This document shows positions 28,141 to 42,613 of a DNA stretch of 64,000 bases, piece after piece (position 1 is the stretch's first letter; each line of letters starts with the position of its first letter). The notes beneath the pieces were generated by a model. That model was not told the origin of the DNA and ran no database searches. It was given only the letters and a program-made list of their open reading frames with translations. The stretch comes from Podarcis melisellensis. Lineage: Eukaryota. The DNA is taken from the NCBI GenBank assembly GCA_964234715.1, contig OZ174277.1. The stretch is one strand, 5' to 3'. The translations under genes and the position numbers were made by a program.

Positions 28141-30439
28141 CATGTTTATAACCGTTGTTATTAAGAACTTATTTTGCTCAAGAGATAATAAGCTAATTGC
28201 AAGTGCCTCTAGCTCGGAAATCCTGAAAACCAAGGTTTCCTCAGTTAAAATCTTATTTTCTGAATATCATACTGTTTACAAAGAACATATGGTGCTTATT
28301 TAATATTTTTCTTAAGCCAAAATTGACTTCACTGTAGCTCTGCTGTCTTTCAGCATCATAGCCCAAAATTGTATTGTGATAAAGGAATGAAATAATAATT
28401 ATTAATATAGTATTGAAAGAAGGAACTTTACAAGAGATTTAGAAGGTCCTTGCCAAAACAGATTATAAAAAACAAAATAAAACAAAATGAATAGATATTG
28501 CATTAGTACTTGGATCATAGCAGTAACAAAAAACTGAGAAAGGAAGCAAAAAGGACTGAAGTAGAGAAGGGAATATAGAGTAGACTTGTGCAAATAATGG
28601 TACTTCTTAGTATAGATGGTAAAAGGAATGCCTATGAAGTGCCTTCTATTATATATCTACAATACCATTTACATAATGAAATGTGAACTTCTCCTAAGGC
28701 TATTTAAAGCTGTGAGGAGAAACCACACATCTTCACAATGTCTCATGTATGGCTTTTAATGCTTGCTGTGTATAACAGTGCTGATTGCTATGTTGAGGTA
28801 TAGCATAGTGTATATCCTGTGTTCTGAGTGAAAGTTACAAAATTTCCTGTTTTCAGATTTTTCTTCTTCATAATTTGAATTACTTGGACAATGTGTCCAC
28901 AACATTTCAAGTTTCTGTTGTGAAAATGTATAAAGTTGCTTGAACCCAGAGAAGTGTGAGCATTGTTCCACACATTGAACAGGGTTTTGGCTTGTCTCTT
29001 TTCCGCTGCAACAGTGTGTGATGTGATGAGAGAGGAATTTGTGGAAATGGGGATCCCTCCTTGAACAAACTGAAGTGCCTTCTATTAAATATCTACATAT
29101 TATCTCCAGCCGTACATGCTAGGGGAGTGCACTGGATTTGGACAAAGGCTTAAGACAAGTTGGAATGTATTTGTGGAAAACTGAGCACATCTGAGGTTAA
29201 AAAGGAGCTTTACGAAGCTGCACAATTCAAAGCAAAGACCCCTGAAGTGTTTCGTCCATCCAGGTATCAAATAAATGCTGTGGACAGTATACAAAAAAAA
29301 ACACCCTCTTAAGTTTACTATGTATATAAGGAAGATGTTGGAATGTGAGGTAAGAGGGAGAATCCAACTTTAGGAAAATACCAGGATCAGGAAGGTGCAG
29401 AGGGAGTTCCTACATAACTTGCAATCAAGGTGATTTATTTTATCTGGTCCTGTGCTTTGGGGTCCAAATATGATCAGTGCACACCCCTAATACATACACA
29501 CTTAAAAATGTAAAATTTAGAATAGAAGACAAGAAGTTAGTCATGAAACAGTTCTGGGTGTAGTTCATTGCTAGCACATGTGTGCTGTGTGCAGAAAGGT
29601 TCTGGACATCTCCAGTTAAAGCATGCCATGTAAAATATAGCTATGATTGCCAAAATATTAATATTAATCAGGCTGGGGAAGGTATCTGCGTGAGACCTTG
29701 GAAAGTTTAGTATTGAATTTGCTGAAACAATGATTTGACTTGGTGTATAGCAGCAACTTATGTTTAAGAGAGAAATTATGGTTATGTTTAATAAAAGAGA
29801 TAAGGGGCTTAACAAGAAGAGAACCGGATGAATGAAGACCCTGCATTGAAGAAAATAGAAATAATAGATGGGGGAAAATATCCTGGACTTTTATTACTGA
29901 GATTCTTTAGTAATAGCAAACCCCTCAAAACATGGGGTGGTGGACTAAAATTGATTCATTGAAATCTCAGTGAACCTGAAGGAAGCAGGAGATCACAGCA
30001 CCAGATGGGAAAGAGGACAACAATTATGACTAAGCAGCAGTGAGGATCAGGGAATCCAGATGTTCTATGACTCATACCGCTTCCTAGGCTTTGGGGCAGC
30101 AGAAATCCAATTATTGGTAGCAGCTTAGAACACTACTTCGTAATGGAAAAAATTATATTGCAAACTGACCCAAGTTTATGGTGGAAAGAGCTCATTGTTA
30201 TAGGGATGGTTAGCTCTAGGCAGAGGCTCAGTGAGGAGGAGTTGCTAGGGTAAGTACATCAGTAATCCCAAGGGCAAAGAGGGTAAGTGTTTCTTAGAAC
30301 AAGGATGGCTACTCCCCAGTTTGCAGAGTTTTCTGGCAAAATATTTTGTTTGTTGGCAAAATAATAATCATATTACTACTACTACTGGACACAGTGGTGG
30401 GGTGGGTGGAGCTCAGAGGCCTGCTAGGCATGTAAATTG

Positions 30440-30896
30440 CCTGATCTCATCATCAGGTTGTTAATTTGTTGACTGGAGAGGGATCAATAGCCCTCTCCCT
30501 AACTCATCTGCACCAATCAGCTAAGAAGGAGGGAACTATGTGTCTGTGTGTATGCCTTGTTGGGAGATTCTATTCCACCTTTCGTTGCAGACGTGGGATT
30601 GTTGCGTGCCACATGTCTGTTTATATTCCAGCACAGATTGCTGGGTCCCATGAGCGGAACTTACGCTCTGTATATTGCTTTTGTTTTGAATCTCTCTCCG
30701 AGAAGACTGCAAGGAGAGACGACATGTTTCTTTGTTCTGATTTATGTAAAATAAATCCATAGTTTTAGTACGTATCCACAGCCTCAGCCTCTTCTGTTGT
30801 GCAGTTACACTGCTACGTATAGTGTGCTCAAGGCAGCAAGCTTGAGTCGCTGATTTACGTTAGAGCCAGAGGTCTATGAATCTGCGCAGCGTGACG
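30440..30896 (+). mobile_element. Possible solo-LTR remnant (boundaries uncertain)
   Basis: Locally CpG-rich, with CCAAT, AATAAA and a gtgac end. No TSD or partner LTR found. Confidence 0.25.
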
Positions 30897-33124
30897 GCTG
30901 AGAGGGGACGATCCAGCTGGGGGCTAGCCAGCTGGCCTTTCAACCCCTGGATGCCGACATGCCTGCCTTGTGTGTGTGCATCTACATGTGTGAGTGTAGG
31001 GTGGCCATACCCACTTTTAGACCCACCCACTGCTGGTGTGCAGCCTCCAGAACATCAGGAATATCAAAATACCTAAAGTTGGTCCTATGTGTTAGAGAAT
31101 GTGCCCCTCAAACATGGATTTTATTGTTTTATACTGTTTTAGGCAGCAAAGATAGTCACAGTGGGAGAGAAACTGAACAGACTAAATTCAAGGTTAAGAT
31201 TTTCAAAACATTTTGATTTGAAATTCAGAGAAATGTTTATGTATTCTTGCTTGGTTAAACTAACTGGTTACCTTTTATGGCACTGTGAAAAAGGGGGTTT
31301 CATTCACAGATATTGCTCCATAAAACGTATGGGAAATCTGCATACCAGGAAAGTACTCTAAGTTGATAGTTCTGTATAAATGGAATGTAGTGGGGCTTAT
31401 TCCAGAATAAATGTACATAATATTGAGCTGTGATCCAAAAAGTATGAGAAAAGTGGAAACTGTTTGATTCTTTACACTTCCAGTCTACTATATATTTTAG
31501 AAAGTTGTCTGTCCTCTCTGTATTTGGGCACCTGTTAAGATATTGTAACCAAATGTTTGTTCCTGAGATGAAGGAGCAGGATTTTGTCTGTCTTCAGATA
31601 TACAATGGGACACCATTTCAATAAAGATGTCAGACAGCACTGATTTTAACCACTGCACAGATTTTTTGGTTTCTTAGAGTTCTTGAGCAGTGCTGGGTAT
31701 GAGGCTGCTAATGCTTTAATAACACCCACATTTTTATTTCAAGGAATAATTCACAGTTATGTAATACAGATCTTATAACATTACTAGCATTTTTAGAAGA
31801 TTATGTGACATTTATTTCTCCCCAGCATACTCAAGTAATAGTAAAATTATAGAGTGCCTCTAATATTCTTGGAAGAGTTTAACTTTTTTGGTTTGACCCT
31901 TCCAAGAAGCCATTGTGCTGCAAATTTTTAAAAGGCAGAGTGACGTCGATGTTATTTCAATCTATTTATTATAAGATGCCTTTCTATCTCTTCATTATAG
32001 CATAAGTAGATGTTGGAAAGTGCAGGTCTGCTAATTTGGGCTCTATACTATTTTTGTTATCTGGTGGTACCATGTTATTTAATTATGAGTGGTGAAAAGC
32101 ATCACAAAATGTAAAAAAACAAAACCAGATGAGGATAATTTGTTGAGAAGTGCTGAAATGGCATGACAGCTGAAGAGCCATACAAATATTTTGGGAAAAA
32201 CCTCGATTCAGAAGCTAATTTGAGGCCTGCTTTAGATATTAATTGAAAGCTCTAACTTTTTGGTTATACATGCATTTCCTCTGAAGCAAAAACAGATTGC
32301 TAAAGGTTACGGTAAATGTTGTCTTGGTTGTTAGCTCCATAGGGAAAGTACCCATGCCATTAGTAGATTGTAGCCTTAGAACTCAGTCTACTGAGTGTTG
32401 ACACTGCAAGATTTATTAACTGCTGTAAGACCTACTGGGATGTGGGACTAATTAGATTGTACTGTTCCCTAAACCATCTTTACAGTGTTATTTAATATAG
32501 GAGGGTGTGGATGATTATACTGGAATAAAATATGTGTATAACCAGTGAATGTAGCATTTCTTCCCCATATAAAAGTAATAGTATAATGTGTGGGACATTT
32601 TGAGTGAGAAGGATTGCTAGTATATCTCATGATGCTGTAGGCATAATGGGACTGTGTGTTAATGTACGTATCTACATAGGTGCTATTTCAAGTGATTGTA
32701 TATCATAGGTTCCAGCTTTGTTTCCTCATCTGTATAACTATAATAGCATAGGTTGTTCCTCCACAGAAATAAAATCCATGCAAATGATTAACAGATCTAT
32801 GTAGAGGATTAATAAGAATAACCAATTTTGCTTTTAATCCAATCTGAAAGCAGTAACAGAGTTTGTTTGGTGATTTTCAAATAGATCTAGCTGCAGTAGG
32901 TGACCTAAGCCAATGATCTTTCAATTTTAATCCTAGTTATTGCAGGTCCAGATACCATATTCTTTCTAGGAAAAGGTGCAAGAAGTTAATTGAAATGAGT
33001 AGGAATGTTTTAAAGCACTTCTTGAAAATTAATAATAAGGGAGACAGAGCTCACTAGGAAGGCAGTCCACAAACTCATTGCTCAACTATAGCATAAGGCA
33101 GGTGACCAGCATATTACAACTTAA

Positions 33125-33301
<177 letters not shown>

Positions 33302-35394
33302 TAATTAAAAAGAAAAACTGTCAACTTTAATAATTTTGTATGTAAATAAAATATATATCCAGTTAGGTTATTCAGTTGTGCTTGAGGAGATTCATAGAAT
33401 GACCATTTAAGGTCAGAGGCCATCATTAGTTTGGTTGAGGGATGGTATAACTGCTTGCAATGTCATTGAAATATTGTGTCCAAGTAATATTGTGGGATTT
33501 TTTGTTTGTTTTTATTCTAAGAATATATGTGCTGGTACAGCAAGATTAAGGATTAGATTGTTAGTCACATATTCCTTCTCTGCTTCAACATTTTAAAGCC
33601 TAACTCGTGTTAATTTTGTGTGTTTGGGATTTCTCCAGTTTTAGTTAAGATGTGAAAAAGGCTGAAATAAAATGACCTACCCAGCTCAGATGTAGAAGAC
33701 ATTCTTCTACAGATCCTGGGTGATGACACAGTAAAAGAGCAACACGAAGGTTGCACATAGGTTAATGAGCACTTGAGGAAATTGCAATGTCCCAAACTCT
33801 GGCAATAAAAGTAGCATCAATTTAGTGATGTGTGACAGATGTGCACACTAAGACATCTTTGATAACTTTCTTTTGCAGACAGTGGACTGCACAGTGTCTG
33901 GAAATCAAGATACTTTAAATGTGTTACAAAGTATAAATGGATACTGAGGAGTCATGCCTATTCTTACAGCTCAGTCATGAGGAGAGAATAATGATTATTG
34001 TTTGGGAAAATGTGGGTTGTATTCAACAACAACTACAACTGTGGATTGTATTCAACTTGTGCAAGTGCAACGGAACTTCCCCTCCTTTTCCTCTCCCTGT
34101 GTGGACACCAAAGCTGCTCTGAGGGTTCCTTCAACGCACTGGAGCAGATCTGAAATGTGTGGGGCGTGTGTAAGGGAGACAGGGGGGGGGAATCCTGTTG
34201 CACTTAATTTTTGTACAGGCAGTGATTTAGTTGGCTATAAACCTAAAATACCCATATACACTGCATTTCCCATTCTACTGCGCAAAATGCAATAAATACT
34301 GCAACCCCATGTGGAGGGCCAATCATGTGGGTCTTTCAAGAGCAATGGGGAAGATGCATTGATTGGTTCTGCCCACAAGGTTGCAATATCTACACAATTT
34401 CCTTACTGGCATGAGATCTCTCACAAAAGGAAAGTGGCTCCCACGTGACTGCAAATGTGTGAAAGGAACTGGAATGATTTGCTTTGAACAGTAGAGACCC
34501 AGATTTGAATTTGTGCCCAAGGACTAAAGCTTGAGCAAATTGTTGCCTCACAGCATAACTTTTGTGCAAGAAGGTTGTGCAAATAAGTATTGCTCAGCAA
34601 CTTTGAACATAGAGAAGTACCATGGAAAAAGCTATTTGTCTAATCCTATATACAAATGGACTTGAATGCTATTGCTAGCAGAAACAACTGTGCCTAGACA
34701 ATTGCATGTTGGTGGTGGTGGCAGCAGCTTTCTCTCACCTCTGCCTCAAATATGCTTATCTTCATTTGCATATTTGTGTATGCTGGAGGGGCTGGAGTAT
34801 AGAGATTTGCTACAGCAAATGTATGCCTGGTAATAAGTGAACAAGGCAACAGAACCAGATTGTCTGGGGATATCTGATGTTTCCAGTCTGCTTCTCCTGG
34901 TATTTATTAAGTGGTGAATGGCAGTGTCTGGTCCCGGCAAAAGAACTGATTAAGTTTGAAAGGTTTGTTTGGGAGGAATTCAATATCATGCAGTTACAAA
35001 GCTTCCCTCAGTGCAGGCATTTCTGCTTCCTCGATGGAACAATCTCCCCTCTCCTCACCCTATGTGCTGTTCTGGTGGTTCTCCCACCAGAACCAATTTC
35101 TGAAGATGCAGGGAACACATGAGGGGAGTGGGGAAAGCCCAATTATGCTAGCTAAGTCCTTGTGCAGGCTTCCACTAATGGAACCAGTTAGTTAGTTAGT
35201 TAGTTTATTTTATTTAAACTCCACCTTTCCTCGTATGAGCTCAAGGTGGTATAAATAGTTTTCCTCTCATTATTTTTTAAGTAAAATATCTATACTATTA
35301 TTACAGAACAATTCTATACATCAATTAGGCAAGGATGCCCACACCTGTGCTGGTGGAAAAGCCACTATATACAGGCTCAGCTTAGGAGGGAAGA

Positions 35395-35590
35395 GGAAAG
35401 CTGTGTGGTGTAGTGGCTAGAGTGCTGGTTTGGGACTGGGGTACCCCAGGTTCAGATTCCCACTCATTCATGAAGCTCACTAAGGGACATGGGCCACCAG
35501 TCTCCATCTTTCAGCCTGATCTGCCTCCTGGGGTTGATATGTAAATTAACACACCACATAGTTCCCCAGAGAGGAAAGGTGGGATAAATC
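35395..35590 (+). mobile_element. Old tRNA-derived SINE (Squam3/MIR-like)
   Basis: A box tggtgtagtgg, B box ggttcagattcc, core catgaagctcact and tail gaaaggtgggataaat. Confidence 0.7.
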
Positions 35591-35655
35591 AATATCCCAA
35601 AATGGTGCATCCTTGGGAAAACAATCAAAACCCACTAATCAAGTATTGTGCTAAC

Positions 35656-35793
35656 CACTGCTGTTTTTCTAGAAAAAGAGGGTGCCAGAACTCACTATGA
35701 ACACCTCCCTTGTTCTCTTAGAATGGCAAGGATGCCCACCTGAGAGGTGATGGAACTGAGTTCCCATAAGTTCCCCCTGTAAAAAATGCCCTG
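35656..35793. mobile_element. Short hAT-like MITE
   Basis: Ends cactgctgtttttct ... aaaaaatgccctg with a partial 8-bp TSD. A related element lies at about 4440-4585. Confidence 0.55.
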
Positions 35794-37395
35794 GTGCTTG
35801 TGATGATGCTTGCATGCCACTCACTGATAGAGAGAGCCAGTGAATGACAGTGATTCCCCACCCTCCAGCATACCACCTGACACCACCACATATATAGCAA
35901 AGCCACAACAATGCAGTCCATCAGCCTTGGTTGTACTACAGGCAGGGTTTGGGTGCTCTTCACAATTACTGTATGGCAGCACAACACATGAAAAGAAAGA
36001 AATGGAGCCCACGCAACACAGCACTCAGGTAGTTGCATCTGCAGAAAGCTCACATAACCCTTTAATAACAAGGGTTAAAGACCTACCAAGGAAGGGGAAG
36101 CCAAGCAGTCAAAGGGAATGGTCAGGATATGGAACAAGGGGCACCAGCACATACTGATAGCAGCATTCTCTAGTGACTCATTGCACAAGGTACAAATTTG
36201 GGAAGCATGAGATGAGAAACTGAGACCTGCTGGGGGAAGAGGCAACATGCTGCCACTCGCTTTTTGCATGCTTGGTCAAAAAACCAAAAACAAAACCCAC
36301 ACACATAACTCACAACGCCATGTCAGAGACAAAAGAGAACAGTAGGAGGAATAATTTTGACAGCGGAAGAGCTCCACCAACATAATATGGTGGTGTCATA
36401 TCTTGCATTCTGTCATGTAGCTAGGCTTCCATTAAATTCCTCTGATTCCTCTGCCAAAAGAGTTTATGCATAGGATTGCACTATTAATCTCTCCCGCTAC
36501 CGGTTGCAATAATTATTGGCTGTGTAGTGTGTTAATTTCATTTTCAAGCAGAAAAAGTTTGATAGCCAAGATGAACAATGTTTTTTGTTTCTTGCCAACT
36601 CTCATAGTGCTTACTGTTGATACAAGTTTTGCTTGCTTTAGAATTACAATATTTGTCTTTTAGGAATGAACCTGAAGACACAATTAGGTTGTTTTATATA
36701 AACTGTTTGCTATTAATAGTAGTCATATGGATTTTTGTGTGCTAGTAAAATGTTTACTGCAAATGTTGAATTCTTTGGCTTGCCTGCTCAGCTGTTTTTA
36801 TTTCCCAGGCTCTTGTCTCATAACTTATTTTCAGTGTTTCTTACATCTGTCTTTCAAAGTGTGCAGATTGCAAGACTATGCCATGGCCAACAGCATTCAT
36901 TGCCCAATATACTGAGTAGTGACAGACAGAGCAATCCAAGGTTCCAGAAGAGACTAAAGGAGTGGAATCAAGCAGTGAATCCACTGCCATGTCTGAAGCC
37001 CTGCTATTCTTGCTGCCTAGGGTAGAAGGGGAGGGCAATTTTACAGTTTTTGCCTCTATTTGCTCCAGGCTACTGGAAATGGTGCTCACTTTGGAAGCAT
37101 CAACAGCTCTGCTCCACACTGCTCCTGTTTTGCAGCCTTGTGATAGTTACTGCCATTGGGAACACCACTGGTAGTAGTGTGTGCTCTGCTACAATTTTGG
37201 TGGATGTATTGGGGGATGCCCTGTAGAGATGGAGCCCTGGCCAGCAGAATCTGGTGGAGCAACAGGTTGACCTCATCCTAACCCCACCCTGTGGCGTGGA
37301 TCAGGGGTTACAATGACTCTGTTATTGTAGCTAGTTGGATGCATGTCTCCTAAGAAACTTGACATTCTTATCTCAAAGGGCATTGGAAACTATTA

Positions 37396-37641
37396 CAGTC
37401 ATACCTCGGGTTGAAGTAGCTTCAAGTTAAGTATTTTCGGGTTGCGCTCCGTGGCAACCCGGAAGTAACAGAGTGTGTTACTTCTGGGTTTCGCTGCTCG
37501 CGCATGCGCAGACACTCAAAATGATGTTACGCGCATGCGCGGAAGCGGTGAAACGCGACATGCGCAGTCGCATCTTACGTTTACTTCAGGATGCGAACGG
37601 GGCTCCGGAACGGATCCTGTTCGTATCCAGAGGTACCACTG
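37396..37641 (+). mobile_element. Tc1/mariner-pogo type MITE (TA TSD); strand is relative to its sibling copies
   Basis: Ends TA|cagtcatacctc ... gaggtaccactg|TA. Homologous to the reverse complement of 52564-52815. Confidence 0.85.
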
Positions 37642-39080
37642 TATTTGCTTTTACTTTAGCCACTGATTCTACTTTAGCTCCTTAATTTTAAACATTTTTA
37701 TTTAATTTAATATTATTGTACAATAATAAGGACTAAAGAATAGTAATAGAAAAAGAGGGGTCATAACAGATAGCAATAATACATTGTGATAGAGAGTTAA
37801 ATGAATGTAAATGAATTACATCGTCTGCTACTTTTGAGAGGGAAGAAGGCAACTGAGAGCAGGGAAATTGCACGGGGAAGGGGGTGTTTAACGCTTTCCT
37901 ATCAACTATTTTCTGCACTTTAAGTCGTTCTTCACCAGCAGATTTTCCCACTGTGAGGTTCCAGGTCCATGCTTGCAAGGGAAAACAGAGTTGAGAGAAA
38001 GCTCTTTGCAGAATTGTGTTCATTGTGCTGTATCTGTTGAATTAAATTAACATGAAAGCAGTACTTTTATGAAAGCAGTGGCCAGATGACGTATATGACA
38101 AATTAAAGAGCAAAGTGATCTGCCATGTCAGACATTTATAGCTTTTTAATAAAACCTAAAATAAGGTTTGCCAAGGACACTGTGACACCTGTACTCTTAG
38201 AAGGGAGTCTACTGCCCCATGAGGCTTAACAAGAATCCAGGTTGTTTCCACTGAGCATGAGATTTTATTACAGAGCCACTCCCATCCTTTAGCCAGAAGC
38301 AGCTAAAAATTCAGCAAGGTAAATGCAAAACTACTATGGTGAGGAGATGGAAGACCCACTTTAAACATCTGCTACTGTTGCAACATTCAATCTACATGTT
38401 TCCTTTTTTTAAAAAAAGGACAATGATGAAGCACATAGCCTACCATCAAAAACATATCGAACATTCTTGGGAGTAGAGGGGAGATGTTAAAATGTGTGTG
38501 TTTGGTTGAGTTGTTTCCTGTCCCGCACTTCAGTGGGCTGTATACTTTGTGCACACTCACACTTGTGATAGGGGTGTTATAATCACTTGCTACTGGTAAT
38601 GCAGCTGATATCCATTAGGTCCATGAGACCTTTGCACATTTATACTCCACTGACAGTTGTAGTTGCTGTGCTACTTAAATTTTAAGTCGGGTGGGGAGGA
38701 TGTTATTTGTGTGCAGAAGAAACACAATAGCTCTATGACAAAAGTGTGAGCTAGAGAGGAGCAAGATGTTTGAACCCCAAAGTAACTTAGTAGAAATTTC
38801 ATGGTTCTTGTATTATTCTTTTTTAAATAATCCTCCAGAGACTGCTTAGTAAGGCTTTAGCATTCTTAATTTTTACAGCATGTCATTGCCAGTTTGTGGC
38901 ATGTATAACTTTAATCTGGTCTACGTTGTTTATACTGAAAACAACTGGGAATATTCACTGCCCAGGTGTCACACATGGAAGTGAGGGAATTCTGTGTTGA
39001 AGATCACAATGGTCTAGAGAAGCAGATTTTGCCTACTAAGCATTTGAAATGTATGTTAACAGAAATCTTATGATTGCCTT

Positions 39081-39444
39081 AGGTACGCGGGTGGCGCTGT
39101 GGGTTAAAGCCTCAGCACCTAGGGCTTGCCGATCAAAAGGTTGGTGGTTCGAATCCCCGCGGCGGGCTGCGCTCCCGTTGCTCGGTCCCAGCGCCTGTCA
39201 ACCTAGCAGTTCGAAAGTACCTCCGGGTGCAAGTAGATAAATAGGGACCGCTTACTAGCGGGAAGGTAAACGGCGTTTCCGTGTGCGGCTCTGGCTCGCC
39301 AGATGCAGCTTTGTCACGCTGGCCACGTGACCCGGAAGTGTCTCCGGACAGTGCTGGCCCCTGGCCTCTTAAGTGAGATGGGCGCACAACCCCAGAGTCT
39401 GTCAAGACTGGCCCGTACGGGCAGGGGTACCTTTACCTTTACCT
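39081..39444 (+). mobile_element. Sauria SINE, full length, young subfamily
   Basis: A box TGGCGCTGTGG, B box GGTTCGAATCC (39146-39156) and an (ACCTTT)3 tail. 13-bp TSD ttatgattgcctt at 39068-39080 and 39445-39457. Confidence 0.95.
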
Positions 39445-39735
39445 TTATGATTGCCTTGTTGTCCCCATTCCTCCTCCTTTTAAAACAAAATAAGGTTTTT
39501 GACTAGAAGTCAAATTTCTTCATGACGTGTGGTTTATAGAACACTTTCTTACATGTTATGCAGTTTGCATAACCTTATTTAAGGACATATTTAGTAATAT
39601 TTTATTTAATGTGTTATTTTGATGTGGACATCAGCCTTGTGGGAATAATATGTAACTAGTAATTCAATTATCATAATATGTAAAATATATAATTCTCCAA
39701 TAAATACAGTATACAGTAAAATACCAAACGTTTGA

Positions 39736-39762
39736 TGTGTGTGTGTGTGTGTGTGCATGTGT

Positions 39763-39806
<44 letters not shown>
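39736..39806. repeat. (TG)n followed by (AG)n microsatellite
   Basis: Read directly from the sequence. Confidence 0.95.
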
Positions 39807-39809
<3 letters not shown>

Positions 39810-40456
39810 CTTTAAATACATTTGGATTCAGTTACAAGTTACTTCATCCTTTAATTCTTATCAAAACAGTGTGTTTTCTCCATTGTTTTTACAGTAAGAT
39901 ATTGTTTCACAATGGGATTACTGTTATTTTATGAGTTGGACCATATTGAAACTATTTCTTGTGTACATCAACTTTCCAGATATCTTTCCAGTGTATGTGC
40001 CCTCTAGCATTCTTTCTATTCCATTATGTAATATTACCCTACACCATAAGCTCAAATCAACATTTTAATGCCATTACAATAATTTTGTAGCCTTTGTAAG
40101 ACGACTTCCACATGTTTTGTGCCCTGAGGACACCTCTTCTAATTTCAACAGGTGTGCTATTGAAATCTATTAAAATAAGTCTTTTAAAAGGAAGTCGAAT
40201 ACATAATTTCAGATTGTTATTACATTGTAGTAGTATAATTAAACAAACGTTAATTTAACCTTGCTGTGTTTGGTACTCATCCTGCGCTTAAAAAAAATAT
40301 CAATGTGTTGCAATTTAGTAGCAGAGGTTAACATAGCCATTAAGAACAGGATTATATTTTTAAAAATCACAAAGGGGTGGGTACTTGTTGGTAATCATTA
40401 GCAATGACACAAGTTAATTTTAAATTTGATGAAGTAAGTTCCATTTTATTTTTCAG

Positions 40457-40554
40457 GAACAGCATCAGTGGCTGTTGCAGGACTTCTGGCTGCTCTACGG
40501 ATTACTGGCAACAAACTGTCAGATCACACAATACTGTTCCAGGGAGCAGGCGAA
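40457..40554 (+). CDS. ME1: ME1 coding exon 8 (98 bp)
   Basis: Borders tttttcag|GA...GAA|gtaata. Translates (G)[32 protein letters not shown], the start of the GAGEAA dinucleotide-binding motif. Confidence 0.98.
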
Positions 40555-40627
40555 GTAATACACCATTTATCCAATTATTATTTTTCCTGTTATTTAACTT
40601 ATTTTTAAAAGTGAAGGTACATATAGC

Positions 40628-40996
40628 AGGTGGTGCTGTGGTCTAAACAATTGAGCCTCTCAGACCTGCTGATCGTAAGGTTGGCAGTTTGAGTCTTCAT
40701 GACAGGGTGAGCTCCCGTTGGTCTGTCCCAGCTCCTGCCAGCCTAGCTGTTTGAAAGCATGGTAGCACGAGCAGATAAATGGGTACTGCTGCAGCGGGAA
40801 GGTAAATGGTGTTTCCATGCGCTCTGGCTTCCGTCACAGTGTCCCATTGCACCAAAAGCAGTTCAGTCATGTTGGCCACATGACACGGAAAGCTGTCTGT
40901 GGATAAATGTCAGCTCCCTCAGCCTGAATGTGAGATATACGCCACACCCCAAAGTCAAATTAGACTGGACTTAATCATCCAGGGGTCCTTTACCTT
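40628..40996 (+). mobile_element. Sauria SINE, older diverged copy
   Basis: Same core motifs with CpG decay and a cctttaccttt tail. TSD tacatatagc at 40618-40627 and 40997-41006. It sits 73 nt downstream of the exon 8 donor. Confidence 0.88.
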
Positions 40997-41181
40997 TACA
41001 TATAGCTTTACTATTGACTAAGGCTAAAAGCACCTAATAAAGTTATATTCCTGAAGCTAAACAGGTCTGAGTGTCTGGATGGGGGTTTGCCTGGGTGGGA
41101 ACCCTATGTACACCACCTTCCAGGATGAAAGAAAGGAACAACAGATGCATAACAATAAACAAATAAGCTGGCCAGTTAGTA

Positions 41182-41361
41182 CAGTGATACCACGGGTTAC
41201 GTTTCAGGTTACAGACATTGCTAACCCAGAAATAGTGCTTCAGGTTAAGCACTTTGCTTCAGGATGAGAACAGAAATCGTGCTCCGGCGCTGCGGCAGCA
41301 GTAGGAGGCTCCAAGTACAGACCTCCGGAATGAATTAAGTACTTAACCTGAGGTACCACTG
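41182..41361. mobile_element. Tc1/mariner-pogo type MITE (TA TSD), different interior
   Basis: Ends TA|cagtgataccacgggtta ... taacctgaggtaccactg|TA. Confidence 0.8.
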
Positions 41362-42499
41362 TATATAGAACCCAAAGGCTCCATTGAAGCATTTCCTTGT
41401 TAAAGATTAACTCTGATACAAGCATTTGGCCCTTGCTGCCCATTCAACCCCCTCGCTTCACCCCCCCCATCATCATCATCATCATTTTTTGGTATGAAAA
41501 TAACTTCAGTTTAAAATTTATAGATTGTGTGTATTAAGTTTTCTTCTTCACATTCACATACAATACATCCCCTTGCAGTTACCTTCAGTCCTTCCCGTCA
41601 TAATATTTGAAGACTATCACCCAAAAGAATCAATTTATTAACCAGATGCAAGGTCAATTAGTAAAAAACAATAATGACTACCACCACACAAAAAAATATT
41701 TTTCATGGCATAAAGCAATTGGTAATCTAGTGTTACCTTCATATAGGTTTAGAGCACTGAAAAGCATATCTATATTGTCTGAAGTTCTCAGTCCTGCTTT
41801 TCCTTTCCCCTACCTGAGATTTGTTGTTGTTATTGCTGCTGTTGTTATGATGATCAAGAACTGTATGCAAGATGGAAACTAAATGGCTATTGTCCTTTGA
41901 GCCTTACCATTATATGTAGATAGATAGATGTCAGTCTTATTGAGTAGCCTGGGAGCTTTATGACTCAACAGAGTTGTCAGATATTGTTTATGTCTACTTG
42001 TGATCTTTAATGTTGTATTCATCCTTTGGAATTTTTGGAGCCTGCTACGTGTATGGCACATAACCTTTTTAGAATGTGGCGGGAGGAGGTCCATTGGGTG
42101 CCATGTCACAGTTATTCTAGGACATCTGTTTGAAGAAACATGCTTCTTGCCTAGTCCAGCTTTCTGTCATAACTTACATGATAACTTTCTAGCATGTCTC
42201 CAGAGATGCCATTTTCATTGGACACAGAATCAGAGAAACAGTAAGCGGTTGTTTCAAATTTAACAGAAATGAATTATTCAGGCATCATGTTTGCTTCTCA
42301 CTCTTCCTCATATATATCTCCTATATCGGGGTACCAAACTGTGGTCTGTGGACCACCAGAGGTACAGGAGTTTTTTAAGGCAGGCTGTTTCTACAGTTAT
42401 CATTGTTACTGTGGCTAATAGGTTCTAAAAGTGTAAAGATAAGCTATACAACTTGAATTTCATGACCTAATTATTTTTTCTCTCCTTTTTCTTGTTAAG

Positions 42500-42613
42500 G
42501 CAGCTCTGGGGATCGCCAATCTGATTCTTATGGCCATGGAAAAGGATGGGACACCGAAAAAGGAAGCCATAAAAAAGATATGGATGGTTGATTCCAAAGG
42601 ATTAATTGTAAAG
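42500..42613 (+). CDS. ME1: ME1 coding exon 9 (114 bp, phase 0-0)
   Basis: Borders cttgttaag|GCA...AAG|gtgatg. Translates [38 protein letters not shown], including the DSK motif of NADP-type enzymes. Confidence 0.98.

Noticed and set aside
39091-39156. tRNA-like A/B boxes (also near 13690, 35406 and 46690)
   Set aside because: They are SINE heads with no complete cloverleaf.
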